A DNA stretch of 33,971 nucleotides from a virus. Its lineage: Duplodnaviria > Caudoviricetes. Location of the stretch: IMG/VR virus record IMGVR_UViG_3300030330_004799, positions 1 through 33,971 of that record. The stretch is one strand, 5' to 3'. Position 1 is the stretch's first letter. The number at the start of each line of letters is the position of its first letter. The position numbers were made by a program, and so were the translations under genes. Under the pieces are notes generated by a model, which was not told where the DNA came from, searched no databases, and saw only the letters and a list, made by a program, of their open reading frames with translations. This document shows, in pieces, positions 1-8,082 of this stretch.

Positions 1-147
1 GACACAGGGTATGGACGTGGTGATGAAGTTCTTGTACGTCCTGACTTCCTTGAAAAGCGAACTGACCTTTTTGCCCAACGTATGGGACGCAAAGCAGAGA
101 ACCCACGCCGAGGACCAATGAAGTACTACGGAGTTAAAGACGTATGA
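1..147 (+). CDS. 3' end of a hypothetical protein (truncated by window start)
   Basis: Frame 1 is open from base 1 (DTGYGRGDEVLVRPDF...YYGVKDV) to TGA at 145-147, which overlaps the next ATG (ATGA coupling). Not in the ORF track. Confidence 0.6.
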   Translation, partial: DTGYGRGDEVLVRPDFLEKRTDLFAQRMGRKAENPRRGPMKYYGVKDV

Positions 148-410
148 AAATAACAAAATCACAACTAATAAAAATTATTAAAGAAGAGTTACAGAGCGAA
201 CGTATGGACGTTGGTGCTAGCCCAGAAGAAATAGATAGAAAGCGAAGCGAGATTAATCAAGCTGTCGGTGCCGGTCGAAAGAACGACCACGAAATTGCCA
301 AAGAGATAGAAGGACTGCTAGTGTTTGGAAAGTCGGTAAGACACAGTTCAGGTATGGCGGATGCTCTAGATAAGATTACAGATTTGTTGATGAAACGCAA
401 GGGCAAGTAA
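144..410 (+). CDS. Hypothetical protein with MKITKSQLxxIIKEE leader; candidate internal head protein
   Basis: 88-aa ORF with GGAG upstream and translational coupling to the previous gene. Its N-terminus is shared with ORFs at 1272, 6620, 15773 and 17036. Confidence 0.7.
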   Translation: MKITKSQLIKIIKEELQSERMDVGASPEEIDRKRSEINQAVGAGRKNDHEIAKEIEGLLVFGKSVRHSSGMADALDKITDLLMKRKGK

Positions 411-411
411 A

Positions 412-1275
412 GTGAAACTCCTAATGGAAAACTGGCGCAAGTTCGTCAAAGTAGAACAAGACGCTGACGAAGCCAATAGACAAATTGACGATTTAATTAA
501 TGAATACATAAGTCGCAACCCATCTTTGCTCAAGGAATATTCACCAGCGTTCCTTGGCTTGTTGGACGACGAAGACGACGAAGATGAGGCTAATGATGTA
601 ATTGGTGATGTTGAAGACGAAATTGAAGATGAACTTGAAGATGAACTTGAAGACGAGGATGAGGACGAAGGTGAAGAGGTCAGCTACGATGATGTAGAAA
701 TAGATACCTCTATCGGCGATGAGGCTTCAAGGCTTGGTACACAAATAGGCAGTGGTGCTGGTGCCGTTGCTCGCTTCGTCCTTGCTACGGCAGGAGAACT
801 AGTGAACCAACTGGCACTAGGGACGTATCCTCTCATAATGAAGGCTCTAGGCTCCTCAGAAGGGGTAAGAAATTTTTTCAAGGGATTAGGAAAGGCTAGC
901 GGCGACATTCTTGCGATGTTCCCTGAATCCGCACAACAATTTATTAAGTCGTTCCAAGAGGGGAAAGAAATAAAAGAGTTAGCAAAAAGCAATCCAGAAG
1001 GTTTTCTTCAAGCCCTTAAGACAACAGAAGAAATGATTTTCGACCTAAAGTTGCCAGGAGTTAAAAATTCTGCAACTGCTGCTGTGTTTCTTCATCAAAG
1101 TCAAAAGGGTCCACGAAATCGGAGAAAAAGTATTAGAGCAGCTATGAAAAAAGCAGCAGCCGAATCAGATATTTCTGTACCGCAAATTGAAGCCTTGTTG
1201 GCAAACTATTTAGCGATGGCTGCTCATGCACCAGAGGCTACAACGCAAACATCTTTGGAGATAGAAGACTCTTGA
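412..1275 (+). CDS. Hypothetical protein with long Asp/Glu tract; candidate internal head protein
   Basis: 287-aa ORF with a GTG start 1 nt after the upstream stop. N-terminus MKLLMENWRKF; acidic run at about aa 52-98. Confidence 0.7.
   Translation: MKLLMENWRKFVKVEQDADEANRQIDDLINEYISRNPSLLKEYSPAFLGLLDDEDDEDEANDVIGDVEDEIEDELEDELEDEDEDEGEEVSYDDVEIDTSIGDEASRLGTQIGSGAGAVARFVLATAGELVNQLALGTYPLIMKALGSSEGVRNFFKGLGKASGDILAMFPESAQQFIKSFQEGKEIKELAKSNPEGFLQALKTTEEMIFDLKLPGVKNSATAAVFLHQSQKGPRNRRKSIRAAMKKAAAESDISVPQIEALLANYLAMAAHAPEATTQTSLEIEDS
611..658 (+). repeat. Imperfect 12-bp tandem repeat (4 copies) within the acidic tract
   Basis: ttgaagacgaaa ttgaagatgaac ttgaagatgaac ttgaagacgagg, encoding EDEI-EDEL-EDEL-EDED. 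Confidence 0.7.
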
Positions 1276-1613
1276 AAATCACCATGAACCAACTTCGTGA
1301 AATGATACGACAACAACTCGAAGAGCGTTGCCAAAAGGGCTATAAGACCCATCCGAAACGTAAGACCAAAAAGATGTATGGCAAAACATACAGAAACTGT
1401 GTCAAAGCAGAGTCCGTAATAAAAGAAAGAAAGGACCCTCATGAAGTTATGGGACTTTTACTTAAAGCCCGATATCGTCTTCAAGACATTAAACGGGCAA
1501 AAGACAGAGAAAAACCAGAGGACCTTGGCGTTACTATTTCGCCCGCACTTGACAAACTTGAAGAAGAACTTCTTGAATTGGTAGATGTTTTACCAAGCAT
1601 GTTGAAGTTCTAA
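1272..1613 (+). CDS. Hypothetical protein with MKIT leader and a Cys-flanked basic peptide
   Basis: 113-aa ORF with a TTG start overlapping the upstream TGA. MKITMNQLREMIRQQLEE is followed by CQKGY...KTKKMYGKTYRNCV. Confidence 0.65.
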   Translation: MKITMNQLREMIRQQLEERCQKGYKTHPKRKTKKMYGKTYRNCVKAESVIKERKDPHEVMGLLLKARYRLQDIKRAKDREKPEDLGVTISPALDKLEEELLELVDVLPSMLKF

Positions 1614-1667
1614 ACAATACAAACATTACCTGATACAATAAGACACGCTTATAGAAGGAGTGCGCCT

Positions 1668-4600
1668 ATGGTGCGGATAGCACATTTCGGGGATACCCAC
1701 ATCAAAAATCTGAAATACCACTATGAATACCGTAAAGCATTTGAGGAAATCTACAAGACCCTGCGAGAGCAGAACGTAGACTATATCGTCCACACGGGCG
1801 ACTTGGCTCACACAAAGACACAACTATCACCAGAGTATTTTGAACTAGCCACAGACTTCTTGAAGAACTTGGCTGACATCGCCGAGACTCACATCATCCT
1901 CGGCAACCATGACGGCAATCTACGGAACGCTAGTCGCCAAGATGCCATCACTCCAATTGTGGAAGCACTCAACCACCCAAGCCTAATCCTACACAAGTAT
2001 TCAGGCGAGGTCCAGTTGGAAGACGACTTGACCCTAAACGTTTTGTCAATCTTTGACGAGACTAACTGGCAAGACCCAACTGACCCCAAAGCAATCAACA
2101 TCGCTCTTTATCACGGAGCAATTAATAATAGCCAAACAGACCTTGGCTGGGTGATGGACCACGGCGACCATGACATCAAAGTGTTTGATAAGTTTGACTA
2201 CGCTATGTTGGGCGACATCCACAAGACCAATCAGGTTCTCAACGAGAGCGGCACCATCCGCTATTGTGGTTCTACTATCCAGCAAAACCACGGCGAGACA
2301 AACGACAAAGGTTTTTTGATTTGGGATATTCACAGCAAGACTGACTACGATGTGAAACACCACCTAATCACAAATGTCAAGCCGTTTATGACAATTGAAA
2401 TGACAGAGAAGGGAAACCTCCCACGCAAGTTAGATATACCAGAAGGTGCCCGACTGCGTGTGGTGACTCACCATAAAGTATCACTAGACAAAATCCGCCG
2501 TGTGATGGATATTGTGAAGAGTAAGTACAAACCTGAAAGTCTATCGTTTGTCAACAAGGCTGGGCTTAAGCGAGATAGTGTAGATGTGGATGACTTGGGT
2601 TGTACAGAAAACCTGCGGGACCAAGCAGTCCAAGAGCGACTTATTCGGGAATACCTAAAAGAGTACGAACCTGATGACAAGACACTAGAAAAAGTTTTCC
2701 AACTAAACTCCAAGTATGACAGCCATGTCAACGGCGAAGACGCCGGGCTACGAAATGTGGAGTGGTCCTTGAAAAAGATGGAGTGGGACAACCTCTTCAA
2801 CTATGGCGAAGGCAACGCAATCAACTTTGATAAGCTAAATGGCGTTGTTGGCGTCTTCGGCAAAAACTATTCAGGCAAGAGTTCTGTTGTTGACAGTATG
2901 CTCTACACGGTGTATAATTCAATTAGTAAGAACAACCGCAAGAACCTAAACATTATCAACCAGAACAAGCCGTCTGGTTGCGGACGTGCAGAGATTGAGA
3001 TTGCTGGTAAGACTTACATCATTGAGCGCAAGTCCGAGAAGTATACTCGCAAGCTTCACGGAGAAGAGACAGAAGAAGCCAAGACCGATGTGGAGTTTAC
3101 GATTTACGACCCAGCAACGGATGAGGAAACCAGCATGAACTCGCTGGACCGTAATGGCACCGACAAAGCCATCCGCAAAATCTTTGGCAGCATTGATGAC
3201 TTCTTGTTGACCAGCATGTCTAGTCAGATGGGTGCGATGACTTTCATCAACGAGGGTTCAACCAAACGTAAGGAAATCCTTGCTAAATTCTTGGACCTTG
3301 ATCAGTTTGAAAAGAAGTTCCGAGCCTCCAAGAATGATAGCATTGAGACCCGTGCTCTTCTCAAAAAGTTGGAAGATAATACTTTTGATGATGATATTAC
3401 ACAACTCGTCGGACAATTGACCGATAATGAAAGAGACAAGGAAAAGCAAGAAAGAAAGTGTGCTAAACTAACTACACAGTTAGAAACTATCACCGAGCGA
3501 GTAAAAGAAATCGATGGACTTTTCGCATCTGCCCCTGTTGAACTTATTAATATTGGAAAAGAGACAGCAAGACTTGCGGCAGCAGGACAAGAAAAGTCCG
3601 ACTACAACCTCAAGTCAGCCCAAGCCAAAAACCAAAAGAAAGATGTTCTGGCACAAGCGGCAACGCTAAAGAAACTTTTAGATGCTACAGATGTTGACAC
3701 CCTACGGTCTCAGATTGCTCGATGTGAAGTCTTACAAAAAGACATTACCGATATTGAAAACCAGATTAAGCTGGAAGAGAATAATCGAGCAGTCTACGAA
3801 AAGAAGCTCGATGCTCTTGATGAAGTACCTTGTGGTCCTGACTGCGGTCTCCGCAAATATATCAAAGATGCTTACGAGGCTAAAGAACTTCTCCAAGAGG
3901 TAAAGAGGACTCTAACTCTTTTGAAGCGACGACACACCAAACTCAACGACAGGTTGGAAGAGATGGATGTGAAAACGCTAGAGAAAGAAAAGAAACTTTA
4001 TAAAGACAGGGACAAGGAATACGCTGACCTCTGTACCGAGGCAACCAACCTTGATCTATCCTTGGCACAGATGAAGAACAAGCTTCATCTCCTCACCAAT
4101 GAGATGTCTAGTATCAAAACTAAGATTGAAGTTTATGAACTTAACAAGGAGGCCATCGAGAACCGAGAAGGTCTTATCAAAGAACAGGATGACCTCAAGG
4201 AAAAAGCTATCAAAATGGAAAGCGATATTGCCATCTGTGAATCAAGAGTGTTTCATCTTGTGAAATCACACGGCGGCATTGAAACGCAGATTGCGAACAT
4301 CAAAGAAAAACAACAAGAACTAGAAGATCTACGGACGGAGTACGCTGCCTATGATTTGTTTATGCGGTGTACCCATCCCAACGGAATCAGCTATGATGTT
4401 GTGAAGCGGATGCTCCCTCTCATCAATGAGGAAATCAGCACGGTGCTTGCCAATGTCACCGACTTTGATATTTTCTTTGAGGCAGAAAAAAATAAACTAG
4501 ACATCTTCATCAAGCATCCAAAGTACGAAGCACGACCTTTAGAGATGGCTTCTGGAGCAGAGAAGACGCTAGCAGCAATTGCCATTCGCATTGCCCTAAC

Positions 4601-4820
4601 CAATGTCTCAACCCTACCAAAATCAGACATTATGATTATGGATGAGCCAGGCACAGCACTAGACGCCGAAAACCTTGAAGGCTTTATGCGAGTGATGGAA
4701 ATGATTAAGGGCTACTACAAGACTGTGCTCTTGATTACTCACTTGGATAGTCTCAAAGATATTGCCGATATGACTATTGACATTGAACGTCAAGATGGGT
4801 ATGCTTATGTCAACCAGTAA
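1668..4820 (+). CDS. Fused Mre11/SbcD nuclease - Rad50/SbcC SMC-like ATPase (T4 gp47-gp46 equivalent)
   Basis: N-terminal metallophosphoesterase motifs GDTH, GDLAH, GNHD, YHG, GDIH, YCGS. Then Walker A GKNYSGKSS, a long coiled coil with central CGPDC, signature ASGAEK, Walker B IMIMDEP, D-loop ALD and H-loop LITH. SD AAGGAG upstream. Confidence 0.93.
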   Translation: MVRIAHFGDTHIKNLKYHYEYRKAFEEIYKTLREQNVDYIVHTGDLAHTKTQLSPEYFELATDFLKNLADIAETHIILGNHDGNLRNASRQDAITPIVEALNHPSLILHKYSGEVQLEDDLTLNVLSIFDETNWQDPTDPKAINIALYHGAINNSQTDLGWVMDHGDHDIKVFDKFDYAMLGDIHKTNQVLNESGTIRYCGSTIQQNHGETNDKGFLIWDIHSKTDYDVKHHLITNVKPFMTIEMTEKGNLPRKLDIPEGARLRVVTHHKVSLDKIRRVMDIVKSKYKPESLSFVNKAGLKRDSVDVDDLGCTENLRDQAVQERLIREYLKEYEPDDKTLEKVFQLNSKYDSHVNGEDAGLRNVEWSLKKMEWDNLFNYGEGNAINFDKLNGVVGVFGKNYSGKSSVVDSMLYTVYNSISKNNRKNLNIINQNKPSGCGRAEIEIAGKTYIIERKSEKYTRKLHGEETEEAKTDVEFTIYDPATDEETSMNSLDRNGTDKAIRKIFGSIDDFLLTSMSSQMGAMTFINEGSTKRKEILAKFLDLDQFEKKFRASKNDSIETRALLKKLEDNTFDDDITQLVGQLTDNERDKEKQERKCAKLTTQLETITERVKEIDGLFASAPVELINIGKETARLAAAGQEKSDYNLKSAQAKNQKKDVLAQAATLKKLLDATDVDTLRSQIARCEVLQKDITDIENQIKLEENNRAVYEKKLDALDEVPCGPDCGLRKYIKDAYEAKELLQEVKRTLTLLKRRHTKLNDRLEEMDVKTLEKEKKLYKDRDKEYADLCTEATNLDLSLAQMKNKLHLLTNEMSSIKTKIEVYELNKEAIENREGLIKEQDDLKEKAIKMESDIAICESRVFHLVKSHGGIETQIANIKEKQQELEDLRTEYAAYDLFMRCTHPNGISYDVVKRMLPLINEEISTVLANVTDFDIFFEAEKNKLDIFIKHPKYEARPLEMASGAEKTLAAIAIRIALTNVSTLPKSDIMIMDEPGTALDAENLEGFMRVMEMIKGYYKTVLLITHLDSLKDIADMTIDIERQDGYAYVNQ

Positions 4821-5469
4821 AAGAAAATCTCCACCAAGTCGTAAACGCATAGCAGAACACTGGCTTATAAAGTCAGAGGATATTATCATGGATAAAGAGT
4901 CTTTTGGTGAGCTAGAAAAGTGGGAGCAAGATTTTTGGCTAGATTTAGCAACACAAGATTGGGGAGAACCAGCTTGCTGGGCTTGTAAAAGTTTTATATC
5001 CGACCCAGAAAATGAGGGATCTTTTGATGCTTGGAACCACGCCAAATATTTAGAAATTTGTCATATCATCCCCCACGCCATGGATGGTCCTAATGAAGTT
5101 TCAAACTATGTTTTACTGTGTTCTGATTGCCACAAAGATGCACCAAATGTGGCAGACCCATCATATATGAAAAGGTGGATCACTAATCGCCCGAGCCGTA
5201 ATTTGATATTGGATCAAATAAATGAAATGAGATCCGAACTATCCGCCTTGGGGATCACAAACGAAGATGTGGAAATTATAATTGATTTCGAGAAACGGAA
5301 CAATTGGGATTACACTCAGGATCTAGATTTTCTCACTGAAGAGTTTAAGGACTTTTACATTGAGAATTGTCCTGTGGTCCACTTTGGTGAGGGAACAGTT
5401 AACTCGTCATCTCGTGCGGCTATTATTAGAAGTTATATAGATTACAAAAAGACTATTGAAAATGGATAG
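4777..5469 (+). CDS. HNH endonuclease (true start possibly ATG 4801 or 4807)
   Basis: CWAC ... EICHIIPHAMDGPNEVSNYVLLCSDCH is the Zn-binding HNH pattern (CxxC...H...N...CxxCH). Confidence 0.8.
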   Translation: MTLNVKMGMLMSTSKRKSPPSRKRIAEHWLIKSEDIIMDKESFGELEKWEQDFWLDLATQDWGEPACWACKSFISDPENEGSFDAWNHAKYLEICHIIPHAMDGPNEVSNYVLLCSDCHKDAPNVADPSYMKRWITNRPSRNLILDQINEMRSELSALGITNEDVEIIIDFEKRNNWDYTQDLDFLTEEFKDFYIENCPVVHFGEGTVNSSSRAAIIRSYIDYKKTIENG

Positions 5470-5959
5470 GGAACAATTAATAAAACAGATGACTGATTAT
5501 GTCATCAATGTCCTAGAAGAAAAGCGACCCGAGTTTTCAGGGTTCGCAGTTTGCCCTTTTGTAAAGGCTGACAGGGTTAGCGACCAACTTTATTTAGATG
5601 TCTTTGAAGTGCCCAAGGACACACTTGTAGATGTAGTTCTCCGCTTTGTCCGTTCTGGAAAAAGGAGTGCGTTGATAGCACAGCCAAATACAGATGTTAA
5701 AAAGACGGAAACAAAAGGGTATCAAGAGTTTATTAATTTGGTTTTAGAAGAAACTGGGAATGATGATGTGCTCGCTCTTTGTTTCAATCCAAATGATGAA
5801 CTAGAGATAGAGGGATATAACCCTCGTTCCAAAGCTCCATGTTTTCTAATCAATATGGCATATAAAGACCACCTGTCCAAGTCGCACCGTGCTTTACAAA
5901 ACAGTGACTACTACACAAAACTTCCGGACACATACAAGAAATATCTAAATGTAAAATGA
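5462..5959 (+). CDS. Hypothetical protein (CPF motif, possibly DUF1415-like)
   Basis: ORF overlaps both neighbours in an operon-like run. The VCPFVK motif near the N-terminus is reminiscent of DUF1415, but the family call is weak. Confidence 0.55.
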   Translation: MDREQLIKQMTDYVINVLEEKRPEFSGFAVCPFVKADRVSDQLYLDVFEVPKDTLVDVVLRFVRSGKRSALIAQPNTDVKKTETKGYQEFINLVLEETGNDDVLALCFNPNDELEIEGYNPRSKAPCFLINMAYKDHLSKSHRALQNSDYYTKLPDTYKKYLNVK

Positions 5960-6423
5960 AGATACTGATTAGTGCGTGTGTCTATGGAGAAGATGTAAGA
6001 TGGAACGGTAGCAACCGCCGCCACCAACACATTCACGATTGGGCAACCGAACACGGCTATGAACTCGTACCCATATGTCCAGAACACGAACTCTTTGGGA
6101 CACCTCGCTCCACCATCAGGTTACGAGCGGTTGATGGGGAGGTCAAAGCATTTGCGGGCAAGAAGGAAGTATATTCAGAACTCCAAGAGAAGAGTCTGGA
6201 GATTGCCACCCGTCACGCCGATGCCGTGGGTTTCATAGGTATTAGTCGTTCACCAACTTGTGGTATAGCAGCCGGTGTCAAAGACTACGGAAAAACTATC
6301 AAAGCGCCAATGCATCAATCGGTTGACTGCCCGAGTACAGAGATTAGCTCAATGAACACTGAGAGTAACCGCCAGAAATTTTTAGAAAGAATAAAAAAGT
6401 ATGAAAGCCGGCGACCTCGTTAG
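5956..6423 (+). CDS. DUF523 family protein (TudS thiouracil desulfidase-like, [4Fe-4S])
   Basis: ILISACVYGEDVRWNG, PICPE...GTPR and SRSPTCG reproduce the three Cys motifs of DUF523 (SACLLG..VRYDG / CPE..GxPR / SPSCG). Confidence 0.82.
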   Translation: MKILISACVYGEDVRWNGSNRRHQHIHDWATEHGYELVPICPEHELFGTPRSTIRLRAVDGEVKAFAGKKEVYSELQEKSLEIATRHADAVGFIGISRSPTCGIAAGVKDYGKTIKAPMHQSVDCPSTEISSMNTESNRQKFLERIKKYESRRPR

Positions 6424-6580
6424 GTTCAAGTATACTTGGTCTGATCATGAGGGATGGAAGGTTGGGCTACTTAAACAATACCATACTTGGGAAAAAATAG
6501 CAACCATTATTTATGAGGGCAAAGAAGTCCGAGTAGCGGCAGGACTTACCCAAGTACATAAACGGGCGAAAAGAAGTTAG
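6401..6580 (+). CDS. Small KOW/SH3-like beta-barrel protein (59 aa, absent from the ORF track)
   Basis: ATG 6401 to TAG 6580: MKAGDLVRFKYTWSDHEGWKVGLLKQYHTWEKIATIIYEGKEVRVAAGLTQVHKRAKRS. It has an MKxGDLV start and fills an otherwise empty gap. Confidence 0.7.
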   Translation: MKAGDLVRFKYTWSDHEGWKVGLLKQYHTWEKIATIIYEGKEVRVAAGLTQVHKRAKRS

Positions 6581-6584
6581 CAAT

Positions 6585-6592
6585 ACTATTTA
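6585..6592 (+). promoter_or_regulatory. Putative phage late-promoter motif ACTATTTA
   Basis: Intergenic, about 28 nt upstream of the 6620 start. The same octamer recurs upstream of other late genes. Confidence 0.6.
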
Positions 6593-6619
6593 TGTGTGTA
6601 CCTTTGGAGGGACTAAACT

Positions 6620-7531
6620 GTGAAAATGACCAAAAAACTATTAACCGAAGTTGTTCGCAAGGTTTTGCTTGAGCGACCGTTAGACGATATGCCTGTAAAC
6701 CTTTCACAAGTAGCAAAGGATCCAAAGGCTGCACAGGTTCGTGTTTCATCAGGGTTAAAAGATAATGACCCCAACGACGACAAGATCAATGTTAAGTCAG
6801 GAGCGACTTTTCCCGTGCAAGACCTGAAACCATCACAAAAGAGCATGAATATTGGAAAAGCTCTCGCCCAGGCTCTCGCCATGATTGCTGGCGATATGCC
6901 TACGGGGGGTGATCTTGGTGCCTTCATCAGTTCAGACAATCACATAATGGACGGTCATCACCGCTGGGTGGCTACTGCGATGGTTGATCCGAGCAAGGAA
7001 GTTGGAGGATTTCAGGTTGATATGGCAGGTATTCCATTGATTAAGATTCTAAATGCGATTACTGTCGGTGCCTTGGGGCAAATGAAAGGAAAGGAAGGGA
7101 CTGGTGGATTTGAACAGTTTCAAGAAGGTCCGATCCGTAAACAGCTTGAAGATTATTTAAAGAATGGAATTGGCGGCGACTTCCCCAAGACACCAGAATG
7201 GGTACAGCAAGCTGTTGAAAAGTTTTCTGGACAAAAGGGCGACGCTGCAAAAGAAGCAGCCATTGCTCTGTTTGTTAAGAATCTTGGTCAGTTGAAATTT
7301 GCAGTTCCATCCGGAGCACCTGAGCGCCCTGATATGCCAGTCATTGATCCCAACAAAGTCAAGAATGCGCTTACTATCGCAGTTAAAAAGATTGCTGATG
7401 GCGAAGTTGACTGGAATGATCCTCCTGCTGGCGGTGGACAACAACAGGGCACCCCCGCCGCTGCTAATCGTAAAGATGAAAGTTTGATTCCGGAGAGTGT
7501 GCGATCTAAATGGCAAAAGCTGCTTAAATAA
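6620..7531 (+). CDS. ParB/sulfiredoxin-fold protein with MKxTK leader
   Basis: LKPSQ...ISSDNHIMDGHHRW is the ParB/Srx N-terminal domain signature (IxDGHHR). SD GGAGG precedes the GTG start. Confidence 0.75.
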   Translation: MKMTKKLLTEVVRKVLLERPLDDMPVNLSQVAKDPKAAQVRVSSGLKDNDPNDDKINVKSGATFPVQDLKPSQKSMNIGKALAQALAMIAGDMPTGGDLGAFISSDNHIMDGHHRWVATAMVDPSKEVGGFQVDMAGIPLIKILNAITVGALGQMKGKEGTGGFEQFQEGPIRKQLEDYLKNGIGGDFPKTPEWVQQAVEKFSGQKGDAAKEAAIALFVKNLGQLKFAVPSGAPERPDMPVIDPNKVKNALTIAVKKIADGEVDWNDPPAGGGQQQGTPAAANRKDESLIPESVRSKWQKLLK

Positions 7532-7541
7532 AATAAATAAT

Positions 7542-7549
7542 ACTATTTA
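7542..7549 (+). promoter_or_regulatory. Putative late-promoter motif ACTATTTA
   Basis: Intergenic, upstream of SD GGAGG and ATG 7575. Confidence 0.6.
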
Positions 7550-7574
7550 TATCTACAGAGGAGGTGCTGTAGAT

Positions 7575-7760
7575 ATGCACGAAAAACTAGACAATTGGCT
7601 CGGTAAGTGGGCCTCACGAAAACTAATAGTATGGGGAACGTCCACGGCTTTCTTAGCTTTTGGGCATGTAACCAGTAGCGACTGGGTTGCTGTTTCTCTA
7701 GCATACATCGGATTACAGGGAGCAGCCGATATCGCTGCCAGGTGGAAACACGGAAAATGA
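7575..7760 (+). CDS. Small two-TM membrane protein, putative holin
   Basis: 61 aa from ATG 7575 (GAGGAGG upstream). WASRK is followed by two hydrophobic segments and a basic C-terminus, the topology of small holins. Confidence 0.55.
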   Translation: MHEKLDNWLGKWASRKLIVWGTSTAFLAFGHVTSSDWVAVSLAYIGLQGAADIAARWKHGK

Positions 7761-8071
7761 AACGGTTATGGTACAAGCTGAAGTCAGGCTGGTGGAAGTT
7801 TGTGCTGGGGTTTGTCGTTGTGGCAAGCCTGCTTATTTACTTTTATCGTCTTTTGAGGCCAACGGAAGATAAGATACAGTATTTAGAAGCTATAAAAACA
7901 GAAGCAACCGTAGCCTTAAAGGAAGCGGAGTTGCGTGGTAGACTAGAAAAAGATAAAATTGGAGCAGTCAAAAGCGTCTTTGAAAATCGTCTAAAGGATA
8001 CAGAAAAAATAGATGATCGAGAAGAGCGACTTAAGGCACTGATTAGACTTCATAAGGAATTAGACATCTAA
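7757..8071 (+). CDS. N-terminally anchored membrane protein with coiled coil (i-spanin-like topology)
   Basis: ATG 7757 overlaps the upstream TGA. Basic N-terminus, one TM segment (FVLGFVVVASLLIYFY) and a charged helical remainder. Confidence 0.5.
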   Translation: MKRLWYKLKSGWWKFVLGFVVVASLLIYFYRLLRPTEDKIQYLEAIKTEATVALKEAELRGRLEKDKIGAVKSVFENRLKDTEKIDDREERLKALIRLHKELDI

Positions 8072-8082
8072 GGAGATATAAA

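Noticed and set aside
7497-7574. Longer starts given in the ORF track (7497, 7742, 9914, 17404)
   Set aside because: Downstream starts (7575, 7757, 10010, 17437) have SD sequences or stop-start coupling and avoid long overlaps.
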